Of a stretch of 64,000 bases of DNA, positions 25,810 through 40,100 are shown in pieces. The stretch lies in contig NC_089435.1 in NCBI RefSeq assembly GCF_026210795.1, forward strand, positions 2,790,001-2,854,000. Direction: 5' to 3'. The notes beneath the pieces were generated by a model. It had not been told where the DNA came from. It made no database searches and worked only from the letters and a program-made list of their open reading frames with translations. Source of the stretch: Rhizophagus irregularis. Taxonomy: Eukaryota. Made by a program: the position numbers and the translations under genes. Within the stretch, counting starts at the first letter, position 1; the number at the start of each line of letters is the position of its first letter.

Positions 25810-27968
25810 ATGGTATTTTGTCTCATTCAAGGTGATGCTATTAAAAACTCTTTTCCGATTGATACTAGTAGTCACACGACCATTGGGCATCTCAAAAAAG
25901 CTATAAAGGATGAGAAACAAAATGCCTTTAGTGGCATTAATACAGACAAACTGACATTATGGAAAGTCGATATTGTACAAACCAAGAAAAATCAAGAAAT
26001 GACAATAAAAGAACACAAAGGAGTAGAGTTGCATTCATTTGAATCTATTGGAACTCATTTTCAAGAAGTACCCCTTAGCACTAACATCCGTATCATCATC
26101 CAACCGCTTCTGCCCGCCACTACTGCTGGTAAGTATCTCCCAATGGTTTGCCTCTCGAACAAGAAATTAGCTTTTGAGGAAAATGTTTTCACTGTTATTA
26201 TTATATATTGACCACCTTTGTATCTGTTTGATTTGTACCAGACCAATGCACTCGTGACACTGCAAATCTTGGTTATGTACCCCGACGAGAAGGTATGTAT
26301 AAACTGGCATTTTTTTAATAGCAGTATTCTATTCTAACTATCAGTCTTTTTTTAGGTAATCTTGGTGGAACGTTGCTATGTCCTGACCAATTAACAAGCA
26401 ATTCCAATGAGGGTATTTCCCTCACTGACAATGATACCAGCAAAAGACCTTTAGTCGTTAAATCTTTGATTGATGACCTCTTAATTAAGAAGATTATACT
26501 TGTTCGAGCTCCTCCCTATTCGGGAAAAACATCATTAACTCAACTTATTGAAGATTACCTCATTAACTCAGCAGAATATTTAACTTTTAGGATAATTAGG
26601 TTTTCAACGCTCTGGGGAAATGATGTAGGAAAATTATGCAATTATGAAAATTTTGGAGAGGCATGGAAAGAAATCCTTGGTATAGATTGGGTTAAATGGA
26701 GAGAAGAGTGCAAAAAAATTCGGTCAATTCTGATAATCGATGAGATTCAAAAGATATATCAACATAGTTATCAGCTTGGTGAATCAGAGCCGATGGATAT
26801 AGATGTAGATAATAAGAGTGTAACTGCGGGTCAATTTTGGGAAACTGTTAAATGTGGCCTTCAAGGGTCACATGATATTTATATTATTATGTTTGGAGCC
26901 TATGGTTATGGTTCTAATCTCAGAGATCTTTCGATCCCTGTTGAAATACCTGATTTTAACAGCAAAAGTATTTATGACATTAAATTTACTGATAATGAAC
27001 TGGAGGAATATGTTACAAATTTCTGCAGATATTTCAATTTAAAAGAGCATAATGAAAATATCATTCCAGAATTTATCAAATATATTAAAAATGCAACAGC
27101 AGGACATGTAGGTTTTGTCCGTCACATATTATATTATACGAGAGAAAAAATGAAGCTGAAAGTAAATGAACTGACTTGGAATAAAATATTGGTGTATCTG
27201 AATTCGAATGGATTTAATGAGACTATAAATAATTGCCGTGGTTTACCTAAGATCAAAAGCTTTTCTCATGATGAAATAAAGCTATGTGAAAATGTTTTAT
27301 TAAATAAGAAGCACCCCTACCAGTCTAGTAATAATCATAGTGTTTTGGCTTTAATCAAATCGGGTGTCCTTGTTATTGATAAGAATTATATGCTACAATT
27401 CTCAGCACCAATTGTGATGCGGTCATTTATCTATCAAAATTATGGGAATGAAAAAATTTCTGAAACCGTTCCTAAATCATTATATGATTTTATTGTTAGT
27501 ATTTTCACTGCAATGTGCTTAGAAAGTAGAGAATTATTACAAAGAACACTCTCCTTCGGGTTTGAAGAAAGAGAGGAAACCATAATTTTAGAACAAATGT
27601 GGCAAAAGGAGTTCTACAGAATTGGAAAACGACTGCTAAATGGATACTTTATGTCTTGTGATGTGGGTGCAACTTTTGCGTCTAATGGATATTTAGACTT
27701 TTATGTGGATGAGCCATTGAATTGGGCCATCAAAATTTTAAGAGAAGAAAGGTGTATGGCCAAACATACCAAAAAGTTTGACGAAACCACAGAAATATAT
27801 AAAGAAATTACTTTGTACGCTAAAAGCATAGCTATTGTTGACATTTGTAGTGAATCAATTAAGGTTCAGAAATTGAAGGAAAATTTTGTTCATGTCTCTT
27901 ATTCCAAGAATTACGATGCATTTAAAATAGAGTGTTTGGGAAGAGATACCATGAATATTAACTTTTAA
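25810..27968 (+). CDS. Crinkler (CRN)-family protein: ubiquitin-like CRN N-terminus + P-loop NTPase + restriction-endonuclease-like C-terminus; exons 25810-26128, 26242-26292, 26356-27968
   Basis: FCLIQGD..F, LKKAIK, LTLWKVDI and IRIIIQP (HVLVxxP equivalent); Walker A APPYSGKT; Walker B LIIDEIQ; EQMWQKEFYR...GYLDFYV...WAIKILRE; exons splice in frame. Confidence 0.88.
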
Positions 27969-28960
27969 TATTAGTTTTAATATAACCTTTTAATAAGACT
28001 ATTATTTTTTTTGCGCAATAATTAATGTAACATCTTTCTTCTATTTCAACTTGATAAATAAAAATGATCTTTATTATTATTACTTTATTATTTTTAAGTA
28101 AAATAGATTAAAAATAATATATATGGCATGCTTCTAAGGTAGATCCTAGGCCAATAATGCAAGTCCTTGCATCATATTATTTCTCTGCTCTTTTCATATT
28201 GCTAGCCACGACCCTTTCTACAAACACGAAATAAACATTGTTCAGTTTTTAATCAACCCCGTTCTGAACATTTACTTGACATTTATTGAACATTCATCAT
28301 GATATTTGTACGTTTTTTATGTGGTTAAAAATTCTCAATCTCTGCATCTTGTATTAAATTGTAACAAATATTGTATAATAGTGTGTGAGTGTCCGGAAAA
28401 TTGACCCCATTCCAAATATTTATCAGATAAACATTGTTTATAGGGTATAATTAAAATAAATTTTGTTTGAACATTTATTATAGCTTAATAAAGTATAAAT
28501 GATTATAAACTACCCAAGAACACCACCAAAAAATTTTCACTTTGTACTAATTTGAAATAGTAAGATATATCAATGAAAAGTAATATTTTTCACAGTTCTT
28601 ACTTCTCACCGCAACTGTTTGTATTTGTGTGTTTTTTTCTAGTAATTTCATCTTGAAATATATATTATTCTTTTTTATTATAGTTTATTCTATTCTACTA
28701 TTTTCTTATTGTATTTTATTTTGTTCGAAAATAAAATGCGTTTTTTATATTAAATACAAGTGTTGCATAATAATTATTGTTTACTTATATTACTTATATT
28801 TTTGGTTTAAAAAAATTTACTATTATTTCTTTTCATTTTATACATTCAACCAGAAAAGCGATTTATTTAAATAGTTTATTTATTTTATACTTTTAAAGCT
28901 ATATATTTACTTATAAATTTTTGAAATAATAAATACTGTAAATAATTAATAATAAAATTA

Positions 28961-31245
28961 TTATAAATTGTTGATTTCTTTTTTAAGACTTTTTAAATTA
29001 TTTTTTGCTAACTCATATCCCTGTTTAGCAGATTTTTCATACCAATAAATTGCTTTATCTATATTTTTTGTAACTACATCTCCTTTTTCATACATTAAAG
29101 CAAGATTATTTTGTGCTACTTCATGTTTTAAATATGCAGCATCTTGATATAATTCAAATGCTTTATACTTATCAATTTTAGTTCCAATACCATTATTATA
29201 ACAATATCCTAACATCATTATTCCACCTGAATATCCTCCTTCAGCTGATTTCTTAAATAATTCAAAAGCTTTATTAGAATCTTTTTTAACAACAATTTCA
29301 TTTTTATAAAATCTACCAAGATTAAATATAGCAATTATATTTCCATCATTTGCAGATTTTTCATACCAATAAAATGCTTTCTTTAAATTTTTTCCAACAC
29401 CTATACCTTTTTCATAACAATAACCAACTTCTAATTGCCCACTTGATAAATTTTCATTAGCCACTTTTTTATAATATTCAAAAGCTAATTTTTCATTTTT
29501 CATAGTTCCATATCCAAAAACAAAACAATGACCAATATAATATTGTACTAATATATGCCTTTTTCCTAATGCTTTAATAAACAATTTAAATGCTTTATCA
29601 TCATTTTCATTTGTTGCAATTCCATAATAATTAAAATATCCAAGAATAAAAATAGAATTTGAACTATTTTGATTATTTAATAACCAATTATAAATTTCTT
29701 GTAAATTTATATTATGATTATTAAAATATTCAAGAACTTTCCGTTTCACTGAATTTATTTTAAGTCCTTTATTCATTAATTTAAAAATCAAATCATTTAT
29801 TTCATCAACTATAATGTTAACATCATCTTCAATTAGAAAATTTTCTTGTTTACTTAATATTATCATAGGATCAATTTCTTTTATAATTATTTTATCAAAA
29901 TTTTGAATAATTTTTTGAGATAAATCCTCTTGTAATTCTAAATTATTAATACTTAAAGAATCCTCATTAATTTCTTGTTCATTTGAAATTTGATGACTTT
30001 TTACTATTACATCTGTTTTTGCAATTATTGCATTTAGCCAATCAACTACTTGATATATTGTTGGGCGATTATCTGGTTCTCCATCCCAACATCCTAAAAA
30101 TAAATCATAATTTAGAATTAATAATGTTTAAATTGCAAAATTTAAAATCTAAAATATTACTTACTAGTATAAATTTTAACATATTCATCAGGTGTATCAG
30201 GAACAGTAGTTTCTCTAAGACCTTGTGAAATTTCCAAAGTTAAACCAATATCATATTGTTCATCTTCAACATAAAAAGGAGGTTTCCCACTAGATAGTTC
30301 CCATAATAGTACGCCAATACTATAAATATCACTTTTTTCATTTAATGAGTACATTTGTGTTGATTGGTTATCGCTTCTTTGTCCACTAAAGCTTTTTGGA
30401 TCGACATATGGAACCATCCCGAATAATTTAGATTGAAAATTGGAAGATGCTCCAATTCTTTTGGATAATCCAAAATCTGCTAATTTGATTGTGTTATTAT
30501 GTACTAGTATATTGCGGGAGTGCTATTAAATAAATATATATTTATATTCAAATGAGTAATACAGGTATAATATTATTAATAATCAAATAATGTTAAATAA
30601 GTTACCAAATCATGATGCACTATTCTTTTACTATGTAAGCATGATAAAGCACAAGATAACTGGTATGCCATATTATATTTGTCATCCCAAGTAAGCTTGC
30701 TAAAGTTTTTCTTCAAATAACTTCGAAGACTACCACCGTTGGCATATTCCATCACTAACCAATAATTATTTTCATTTTCTAATGATATGGTATTAAAAAT
30801 AAAATAATCATTAAAATGAATTTTGTGATTATAAGAATATTATGTTTATTAAGATAACTTCGATAATACCTGACTCAAGTTTTGTTATTCCATAGCAACG
30901 AATAACGTTATCATGAAAATCAACTTCTCGTTGAATTTTTAACTAAATAAAATTTTTAAAATAAGTTTATTAGACAAAATCATAAACGAAAAAAGAAATT
31001 ATTTTATATAAAATTACCTCACGAATGATTTCTTTTATGGTGACATTATTAAGACTAAAAAAAGATTTTAATGCAAATTGCTTTTCTGAATTTTTCCAAC
31101 TGGCACGATATACGTTTCCGAAACTTCCGGTACCAATTTGTTGAATATTATTAAATTGATTGTATTCATAAAATTTACAATATTCTTTATCGACAGCTTC
31201 CTCAATCCAATTAACCCATTCATTTTCATACTCAATATCTTGCAT
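28961..31245 (-). CDS. TKL-type kinase with a short Sel1 array (about 6 repeats); exons 31245-31018, 30942-30870, 30778-30606, 30522-30165, 30093-28961
   Basis: GTGSFG, FALK, HHDL|HSRN, DFGLSK and [10 protein letters not shown]; same intron positions as the 16448 gene; frame continuous. Confidence 0.9.
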
Positions 31246-31914
31246 TTTGATATATCGAATGTATTGAATAATGATAAGTTTAACAGTAAGGTTAAAAAAA
31301 AATGTAAAGTAAAATTATTAAAATTTTATTGTGCATGCCTATTTTATAAATTTTTTTCGCCGATGATGGTCGTACAAGCGTACTGCGTGATTTAGTGTTA
31401 CCTGCTACCGACATCCAATCAGCCACTATGTTACCGCAGCACGCAGTAATTTTCATTACACTTTATATTAATATCGTAATGTAAAGAATTTTTATTTTTC
31501 ATTAAATGTATTGTAAACCACACAATTATTTCAGGGTTTCATTGAAAGATATATAATACACTTATACTAGTAACTTTGATTTATTTTAATACGATCGGCA
31601 GCCAACAAATCTTTTAGTGGTGCAAGTGATGCAATGATTTTTAGTCATGCGATCTGCCGCAGTAATCCGAACAAAATATATATTTTGTGTTTAGACGAAA
31701 TTTTTTTTTTAAATAATATTTTTTTTTCGGTTCTTTTTAGATTTAATATTATTTATTTATTTATTGTTTTTTGGTTTTAAGCCAAATTTTTTTTTTATAT
31801 TATTTCTTTTTGATCCTTTTTTTAGGGCCAGACTATGTTTTTTTAAAAAAAATAATATTTTTTTTTTCAGTCTTTGTGTTTAAATCGAATTTTTTTTCTA
31901 TTACGTCAAATTTA

Positions 31915-32440
31915 AATTAATAAACAATCTTGATAAAATGTTTGAACAATTAAACGTTTTTAAAATCTGTTCATGATATTATTGTTTATTGTTCTTTCTT
32001 GAATAGTAATTTTATTCAACAAATTATTAATTTAACTAAACCATTTAAATTAATTAATTTTAATAATTGTTGATTTAATGATATATCATGATTAAAACCA
32101 GATTTTGTAATGATTATTGCAATGATTCAATTTGTGATGTTTCATTTAAAATTAAAGCCACAATTATCTTTCAATCAATATCGATATATGAAAGACAAAT
32201 ATTTAACAATTAGTATTTCAATCATATTGGACAAATTCTAACTTTTAAATTAGATAAATTTTAACATTAAAGAAAGTGATTAGAGTATTCTTAGAAAATT
32301 CTCAAGATATTTTTATTAATAAATTGTTAATAAACCATAAAGAGGTGATGATGATATTTACATTACATGAAGGAATATATTATGAATGAAAAATGGGTTT
32401 ATTCCATTTAGTTTTGAAAAAATTACTCTTTTTGAAAATA
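31915..32440 (+). pseudogene. Degenerate tandem copy of the 3' half of the adjacent F-box gene
   Basis: ataaacaatcttgataaa..gaacaattaaa, tagagtattcttagaaaattctcaa and gatgatattt.acattacat shared with 33531-34130. Confidence 0.8.
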
Positions 32441-32756
32441 TTAAAAGAATATTTTACTAGCTATAAAAAGCCAAAATTCATGTGTAAGATGAAGTGACAT
32501 AATATTAGCATTGGTTACTGACTTTATAGATAATATTGGTTAGTTAAAGAATATTTGATTAGTAATAAAGATGAACTATCAATATATAATATTTACAAGA
32601 TATTTACGAAGGGTGATTAATTCTGTGACTAATTATTGAAACATATTACACACTATTAATCAACATGAATTGCGACAATATCGGAATCATATATAATTTA
32701 CCCATCTTTGATACTTCCCATATACTGTTTGATACTTCACTTTCAACATATACAAC

Positions 32757-34280
32757 ATGTCGGATTCAAATACATTTTTAGGAGATTTACCTGAATTATC
32801 TTATGAAATCATAAATTATTTAAAGAATGATTTTTCAACTTTATACTCATGCATTTTAGTTAATAGATTATGGTGTCGTCTAGCGATTCCATTATTATGG
32901 AAAAATCCATTTTCGAATCCTACCCGGAATTATAGTTTTATCGAAATTTACTTGAATAATTTAAATGATGATTTTAAAACGAAATTAAATGAATATGAAA
33001 TTATTAATATTTCATTATTTTCAAAGAATATAATGTTTAATTATCTAAAGTTTTTAAGATATTTGAACATAGAGAAATTTATATCCTCTGTTGAGCAGTG
33101 GTTGGCTGATGTTGCTTCTATTAATACAAAATCCTTATATAATTCCGAACAAGATTTTAAAGATTTTAGGAGTTTGGTTCTTATGTCACTATTTAAAATT
33201 TTTATTGAAAATGAGGTAAATTTGGATACTCTTGAAATTAAGACCTCAAGTACTAATTATAATAGTGATATTCTTGAGTTAATTTTAAAAAATCAAAATT
33301 TCATTCACAATGTTAAAAATTTGAAACTTCATATCGATGATAATAATGACTGTAAGATAATTTATAATCGTATAACACAAATAATTCATTTACATCAAAA
33401 TCTTAAGAAAATTTTAATAGTAGGTGCTAATAATTATACATCTTTATATCTATCATTGTTATTATCAAAAGATTATAATTGTTCAAATACCTTAAATACA
33501 ATCATTTTCTATTGCGTCATATTTAAATCAATAAACAATCTTGATAAAGTATTAGAACAATTAAATGTTTTAGAATCCGTTCATATTTTTTATTGTTCTT
33601 TCTTGGATAGTAACTTTACTCAACAAATTATTAATTTAACTAAACCATTTAAATTAAAATCTTTATTTCATATATATGAAACACCACAAATTGAAACAGT
33701 ACAACAATTATTACAAAAATCTGGTGATTATTTAGAAAATTTCGGTTTTATCTATAACGCATCATTAAATCAACAATTATTAAAATATTGTAAGAATATC
33801 AAATTTTTTTATTTTCTTATAAATGAAAGTTCGTTTACTTATCAATTAATCAATTTAATTGAAAATATTAAACAAAGTCTTAGTTGTCTTTCAATTATAT
33901 TGAGAAATAATCATTCAACAAATTGTAGTTCATTCATATTACAAAATCTTGGACAAATTCTTCCTTCTAAATTAGATTACTTAAGTTTGGACCTTAATAT
34001 TAAAAAAAATGATTTTAGAGTATTCTTAGAAAATTCTCAATATATTCTTATTAATAAATTAATAATAGCACAAAGTGGTAGTGATGATATTTTACATTAC
34101 ATAAAGGAACATATTATGAAGGAAAAAAGAGTCAAGTATTTGGCTATTAAGAATTTTAGAACTAGTAAAGAATTGTTTAATTTAAAAGATGAAGTGAAGG
34201 AATTTGATATACATAATATTAAGGTTCGAAGTTATGATGATTTAGTTATTAGCGTTCATAGCCTTGTAAATAATATTTAG
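32757..34280 (+). CDS. F-box domain protein with a degenerate LRR-like C-terminus, 507 aa
   Basis: GDLPELSYEIINYL...TLYSCILVNRLWCRLAIPLLWKNPF is an F-box-like N-terminus. Confidence 0.85.
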   Translation: MSDSNTFLGDLPELSYEIINYLKNDFSTLYSCILVNRLWCRLAIPLLWKNPFSNPTRNYSFIEIYLNNLNDDFKTKLNEYEIINISLFSKNIMFNYLKFLRYLNIEKFISSVEQWLADVASINTKSLYNSEQDFKDFRSLVLMSLFKIFIENEVNLDTLEIKTSSTNYNSDILELILKNQNFIHNVKNLKLHIDDNNDCKIIYNRITQIIHLHQNLKKILIVGANNYTSLYLSLLLSKDYNCSNTLNTIIFYCVIFKSINNLDKVLEQLNVLESVHIFYCSFLDSNFTQQIINLTKPFKLKSLFHIYETPQIETVQQLLQKSGDYLENFGFIYNASLNQQLLKYCKNIKFFYFLINESSFTYQLINLIENIKQSLSCLSIILRNNHSTNCSSFILQNLGQILPSKLDYLSLDLNIKKNDFRVFLENSQYILINKLIIAQSGSDDILHYIKEHIMKEKRVKYLAIKNFRTSKELFNLKDEVKEFDIHNIKVRSYDDLVISVHSLVNNI

Positions 34281-35152
34281 TCGGCATTAAAATTTTGCCA
34301 GAATTATGAATTGAAATTGGATTGGATATATCCATTATGTCCTAAGTCAAATAGTCCATTTTTGGAAATTGGACAATGAATATTACCGTTATTAAATTCA
34401 AAATGGTACAATTTTTGTACTTTTATATATTTATGTTTTATTATGACAATTTTAAACAATTACTCGTGATAAATAAAAAAAAAATATATTAAACAAAAAA
34501 ATTATCCATATAAAAATTTAAATAGAATAAAAGCTACATGTGGCGCTAACAGGTTCAATTGTTTAATTGTTTTCCAATAACTTATAGTACTAATTCATTA
34601 CATACGTACAATGAACACAACAAGTATGTTTTCTGCTTTTAGTCGAAAAGGTTTTATGAGTTAACTATTTTATCATTTTTTATTTGGGTTAATTTTCCCT
34701 CCCTTTTTCTTTATTAATTGTTTTTGAACTTCTAATAGCTTACGTTTCAAAGGTATCGTACCTGAATGGAACGGTTCACGAAATTTTAAGACTAGAAATT
34801 TGTTAAGTTTTGTATATAATCAAAACAAGTATAAGTTAAAAGAAAAAAGAAAAAAAAGAGCATCTTCCCATTAAAATAAGTTCATTTCAAAGTACTGTAT
34901 GAATATAAATAAATTATGCGAAAATATTTGATTTTACGCCAACAGTTGCTTTAATTCAAATACCACTTATAAAATGGTTAATATTCAAATGAATAAATAG
35001 ATACGTTAACATCATATTCTGCCATTACTTGCTTTTAAAACTTAAATACTATTTTTTTCTCATTGCGGCGGATTTATCCTGCTGCGCCCTTGGAATTAAA
35101 ATTGACTTTTTTTCCCTAAAAAATGTCAAATAATGACACTCCTTTCACCCTG

Positions 35153-36608
35153 CCCTATAAAAAAATCGGGATACGTTTTTTATAAAGTTTTTATACGATT
35201 TTTTTTCCTTAGAAATAACGTATCATAATAGGATACGGAAAAATGCACAATTCCGTATCACTAAAAATATGGTTTGGATACGGAATTTGCACGGAATTCA
35301 TATGGAATTTACATGATTTGATCACTGATTTTATCACGAAATTTATACGATTTGGTCACTGAATTTACTATTTGTATTACAGTTTACTATAATATATTTA
35401 TATAAATCTAATTTTACTTTATTAAATTAAATAAAAAATAAAAAATAAACAAAATACAAATACATTATGAAAATTCCCTCCTTATTAAAACCACCTATTG
35501 CAACCAAAATTACCTATAAGTTCAGCAGGTTCATTTGGAGTCAAACAACCTAAAAAAAACAAAAAAAAAAGAAACATAAGAACGTCTAACTTAATTGGAA
35601 ACAAAAACCCCCTTCATATAGTATCTGCAATCGTCCAAGTCACCAAAGGTCAGCATTCCTACAAAAAAAGAAAGAGAACTCCAGAATGTCTGACCTATAT
35701 AAATGAAAAGAATTATGAAGCATCTGATGAAAAAGAAACCAAAACAACAAAATAAATCCAAAACTGACCTACAAAAAAAGAAAACTCTGAAGCAACAAAA
35801 CTGAAACAACCTACAAAGAGAAAAGAATTTGAACCCAACTTACAAAAAAAAAAAAAAAGAAAATTTGAACTGACCTAAAAAAAGAAAAAAATCCTAAACA
35901 ATCCTACAAAAAGGAAAGGACTCCCAAACTGATCTACAAAAAAGAAAAAAGAAACTGAATCTTCTCACAAAAAAAAATCTGCTGGCCTATGAAATAAAAA
36001 AAGGGATATATATAAATAAAAAAGAAAGGGGAATAAAGAATAAATCAAAAAAAAATATTTTTTTAAAAAGAGGGTAACGAAGTTAGGAAAGTTAAAAAAA
36101 ATTTTTTTTTGATTTTATTCTTTTATTCCCACTATTCCCACTTTTCTTTTTTTTAAAAAAATTTTCTTCTTTCTATTTCTATTTCCTCTTTATAAAAATT
36201 TTTTTATTTTTCTAAGGGTGACGAAAAAAAAATTTTTTTTTAAAGGAGAGAGAAAAGAGAAGGAAGGGAAAGACAGAAAGGAAGATCGGAAGATCAAACT
36301 CATCAAAGTAAAGGTTTATATAAAAAACAAAAAACGTATCATAACAAAACAATAAACAATCACGTGATCTCGTGTTATGATACGAGATTTTTGTAAAATT
36401 ATTTTCTAAAAATATTAAGTTTAAAAATTCCGTATACATTCCGTATGATTAATTTTTTCCGTATACATTTCGTATACATTAGTTTTTTTAAAAAATGTTC
36501 AAAAATGAATTGCTTATTAAATATACGGAATTTGTATACGGAAACTATAGAAACGTACATAAAATGTATACAAAACGTATCCTTTCCGTATACATATTTC
36601 TTATAGGG
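35153..36608. mobile_element. 1.46-kb non-autonomous element with CCCTATAA...TTATAGGG ends (CACTA/CMC-like)
   Basis: Short TIRs; clusters of atacgga/tccgtat subterminal repeats at both ends; A-rich interior; no clear TSD. Confidence 0.65.
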
Positions 36609-37154
36609 AATTGTCTGGAAAAATTGGTTAGATAGTGGGAAAATTGGTTAGATGCATTATTTATATTTATTTAATTTGACATGACGGACAAATTCTGGGT
36701 ATTTCATAAATCCACCATGATGATGTTGATATTATTTATATATAAATCCTTTTTTTTATTCTCATCAATAATTTATTTAACTATTACCTTGACGTAATAC
36801 TATTGATCATTTTATCTTATTATTTCTTACGATTATTAAAAAATTTGTCGTGTGACGCATGTAGCTTTTTTCAAGTTACATCGACTGGCGTTTAGAAAGA
36901 ATGACACCATAAAAGGATTAGACTACATTAAATTGGAAGGTAACAAGAGATCGGCACTCATTTATTATTATTAGATGCATGTAATCCTGCCTGGCATTAT
37001 CCAAAAAAGGAATGATCTATGCGTTGTTTTGGTAACGATACGCAAACTCTGTATCATGTGTATTTTGATCACGAACATCTTAAAGCGGTATAAGGCGGTT
37101 GAATTTTGCATAAGGTTTCAACTATCGTTGAAATTGATAAACAATTTTTTAAGA

Positions 37155-40100
37155 ATGTCAAAAGAAACGAAAGAAACCGACCCTAAAGAATCAAATTATT
37201 ATATCGATTGGTTAGAAAAATCGATTGCAAATGAATATCTCAATTATTTCGAATATTCTGAATTTAAAAATTCAGAACTTATAGGAAGTGGTTCACATGG
37301 AAGTGTCTTTCGTGCTAATCGAAAAAATGCCGGAAATTTTTTCGCTTTAAAAACTTTTAAAAATTATGACAATACAATGTTAAAAGAACTTGTTAATGAG
37401 GTAATTAATCTATCAGTTATATTATTTTCATAAAATTTCACATGTAATTAAAATATGGTTTCTTTTTCCAGATAAAATTACAAAAAAGAGTTGACTTTCA
37501 TGAAAATATTATACGATTCTACGGCATCACGAAAGTGGAAACTGGTAAGTTTCAAGTTTAAGCATGCGTCACATTAATAATCTGGTTTAACACGCTTTCT
37601 TTTTTATCCAGATAAATATTCGTTAGTCTTAGAATATGCCGAAAATGGTACACTAAAAACTTATTTAAGTAACCATTTTAACGAACTTAATTGGGTTGAT
37701 AAATATCAGTTGGCATTTCAACTAGCCAATGCAGTAGAATGCTTACATGATTGTAACATTATTCATCGTGATCTGGTAATAATGAATTAATTTTCTAATT
37801 TAATAATCGATTATTTTATTATATTCGTTCTAAATAAAGTTCTCTTTATAATTAAGCATGGAGATAATATACTAATACATCAAAAAATGATAAAGCTAAC
37901 AGACTTTGGTTTATCAAAAAAAATTTCTGAAGCATCAAGTAATACATCAAAAATACTTGGTGTAATACCTTTTATTGATCCAAAAAAGTTATATGAACAA
38001 GGTTACAAATTAAACAAGAAATCTGATGTATACAGTATTGGAGTTTTGATGTGGCAAATTTCAAGTGGCCATCAACCATTTTCTGATTATGATTATGACG
38101 TAAGTTTGTCCTTGTCCATAGTAAATGGAAAACGAGAAAAAATTATTGATAATACTCCTATAGAATATAGTAATTTATATACAGGTAATAAATATTCATA
38201 ATATTTTAAATTTATTGATTCATTGATTGAAAGTTTAATATGTAATTTATTTAACCAGAATGTTGGAATAATGATCCAGATGAACGTCCAAATATACAAA
38301 ATGTTGTTTCTATCCTTTACGAAATAATATTTCTCAAACAAGAAGATATAACTAATACTGTTAATGTTAATAACGAAAAAGAAAATAACCAACTGGAAAA
38401 ATGTGAAACAACTTCTAAATCAATTGAAACTATGGATTTAAATAATGAATTGATATCATATACCGGATTAAATATAAGTTGTGAAAATAATTTATCAAGT
38501 ACATCAATTCAAACAGACATTTCAAAGATTTCATATGGGTCAACATTTGATAAGACTAACAATATAATAGTTCAAAAGTTAATTAAGGTTATAAATAGAA
38601 AGCATGACAAAGAAAGTATTAATTTTCAAGATTTTCAACAATTTATAAATCAACAAATATTAGAATTAAATCAAAGTTCAGATAATCTTGTTAGGTGGCT
38701 AACTAATCAAGTTAATCCACAATATATTTATTTACTTGGATTACTTTATTATTATAATATTGGTACTGAAGAAAATAGTACAAAAGCATTCAAATTATTC
38801 TTAAAAGCATCTGAAGACAATTATTTGACTGCACAAGTTTATCTTGGAAAATGTTATTATGATGGATTTGGAATTGAAAATAGTGAAAACTTGGCATTTG
38901 ATTGGTATCGAAAATCTGCAGAGAATGACAGTATTATTGGACAATTCTACTTAGGAAAATGTTATGAACATGGCATTGGAACTGCAAAAGATATTATAAA
39001 ATCAGTACATTGGTATAAAAAAGCAGCTAAAAGTGGAAATACGAGTGCAAAGCTTTGTCTTGCAGATTGTTATAGATTCGGAAAAGGAGTCGAAAAAAAT
39101 GAAATTAAAGCATTTAAGTATTATGAAATCTTGGCTAAACAAGAAATTTCAGATGCTTAATGTCAACTTGGAAATTGTCATTATAATGGAATTGGAACAA
39201 AAGCAGATGAAATACAAGCTAAATGTTGGTATGAAAAAGCAACAAAAAATGGAAATATTATTGCAAAAGATAATCTTAAGAAATACTATAATAATAAAAC
39301 TATGATTAAAATAAGTAATATCAAAGAAATTAAATTTCAAAAAACAAAAATTAATATAAATATCATTAAAGAAATTAAATTTCAAAAAAGAACAAGTTTT
39401 AAAGGTTTCAAATACTTCATGACTAAATTTACAAAAATTAATCAAGAAAATATACTTAGCAAAGTTCGGATAGTGGCAGAAAATAAAAATAAAGTTTTGT
39501 CATTTGATTTAATTAATTATAAAAAAGATAAAGGTGTAAGAAAAGATGGAAGAAAAGCTTTTGAATTCCATAAGTTTTTAGCTGAACAAGGGAATGTAAA
39601 TGGAAAATTTCAACTTGGCTATTGTTATGATGAAGGAATTGGAATTGATATTAATAAATTAAAAGCATTTGAATTATATAAAGTAGCAGCAGAAAAAGGA
39701 AATAATGAAGCACAATACAATTTAAGTCTTTTGTACGAATTAGGAGAAGGAGTTGATAAAAATGAAGAAAAAGCATTTGAAATAATCAAAAAATTAGCAG
39801 AAAAAGGAGATCCAGATGCAAATTATAAACTTGCTTACTATTATATTAAAGGAATCGGAACTGAAATTAATAAACCAAAAGCATTTGAATTATGCAAAAA
39901 GGTGGCTGAAAAAGGAAGCAATGAAGCACGATTTAATTTAGCTATATTATATCAATTTGGTGAAGGAGTTGATAAAGATGAGAAGAAAGCATTTGAATTA
40001 ATGAAAGATTTAGCAGAAAAAGATGATATAAATGCGCAATTCAAACTTGGACATTATTATGATAAAGGAATTGGAACTGAACTTAATAAATCAAAAGCAT

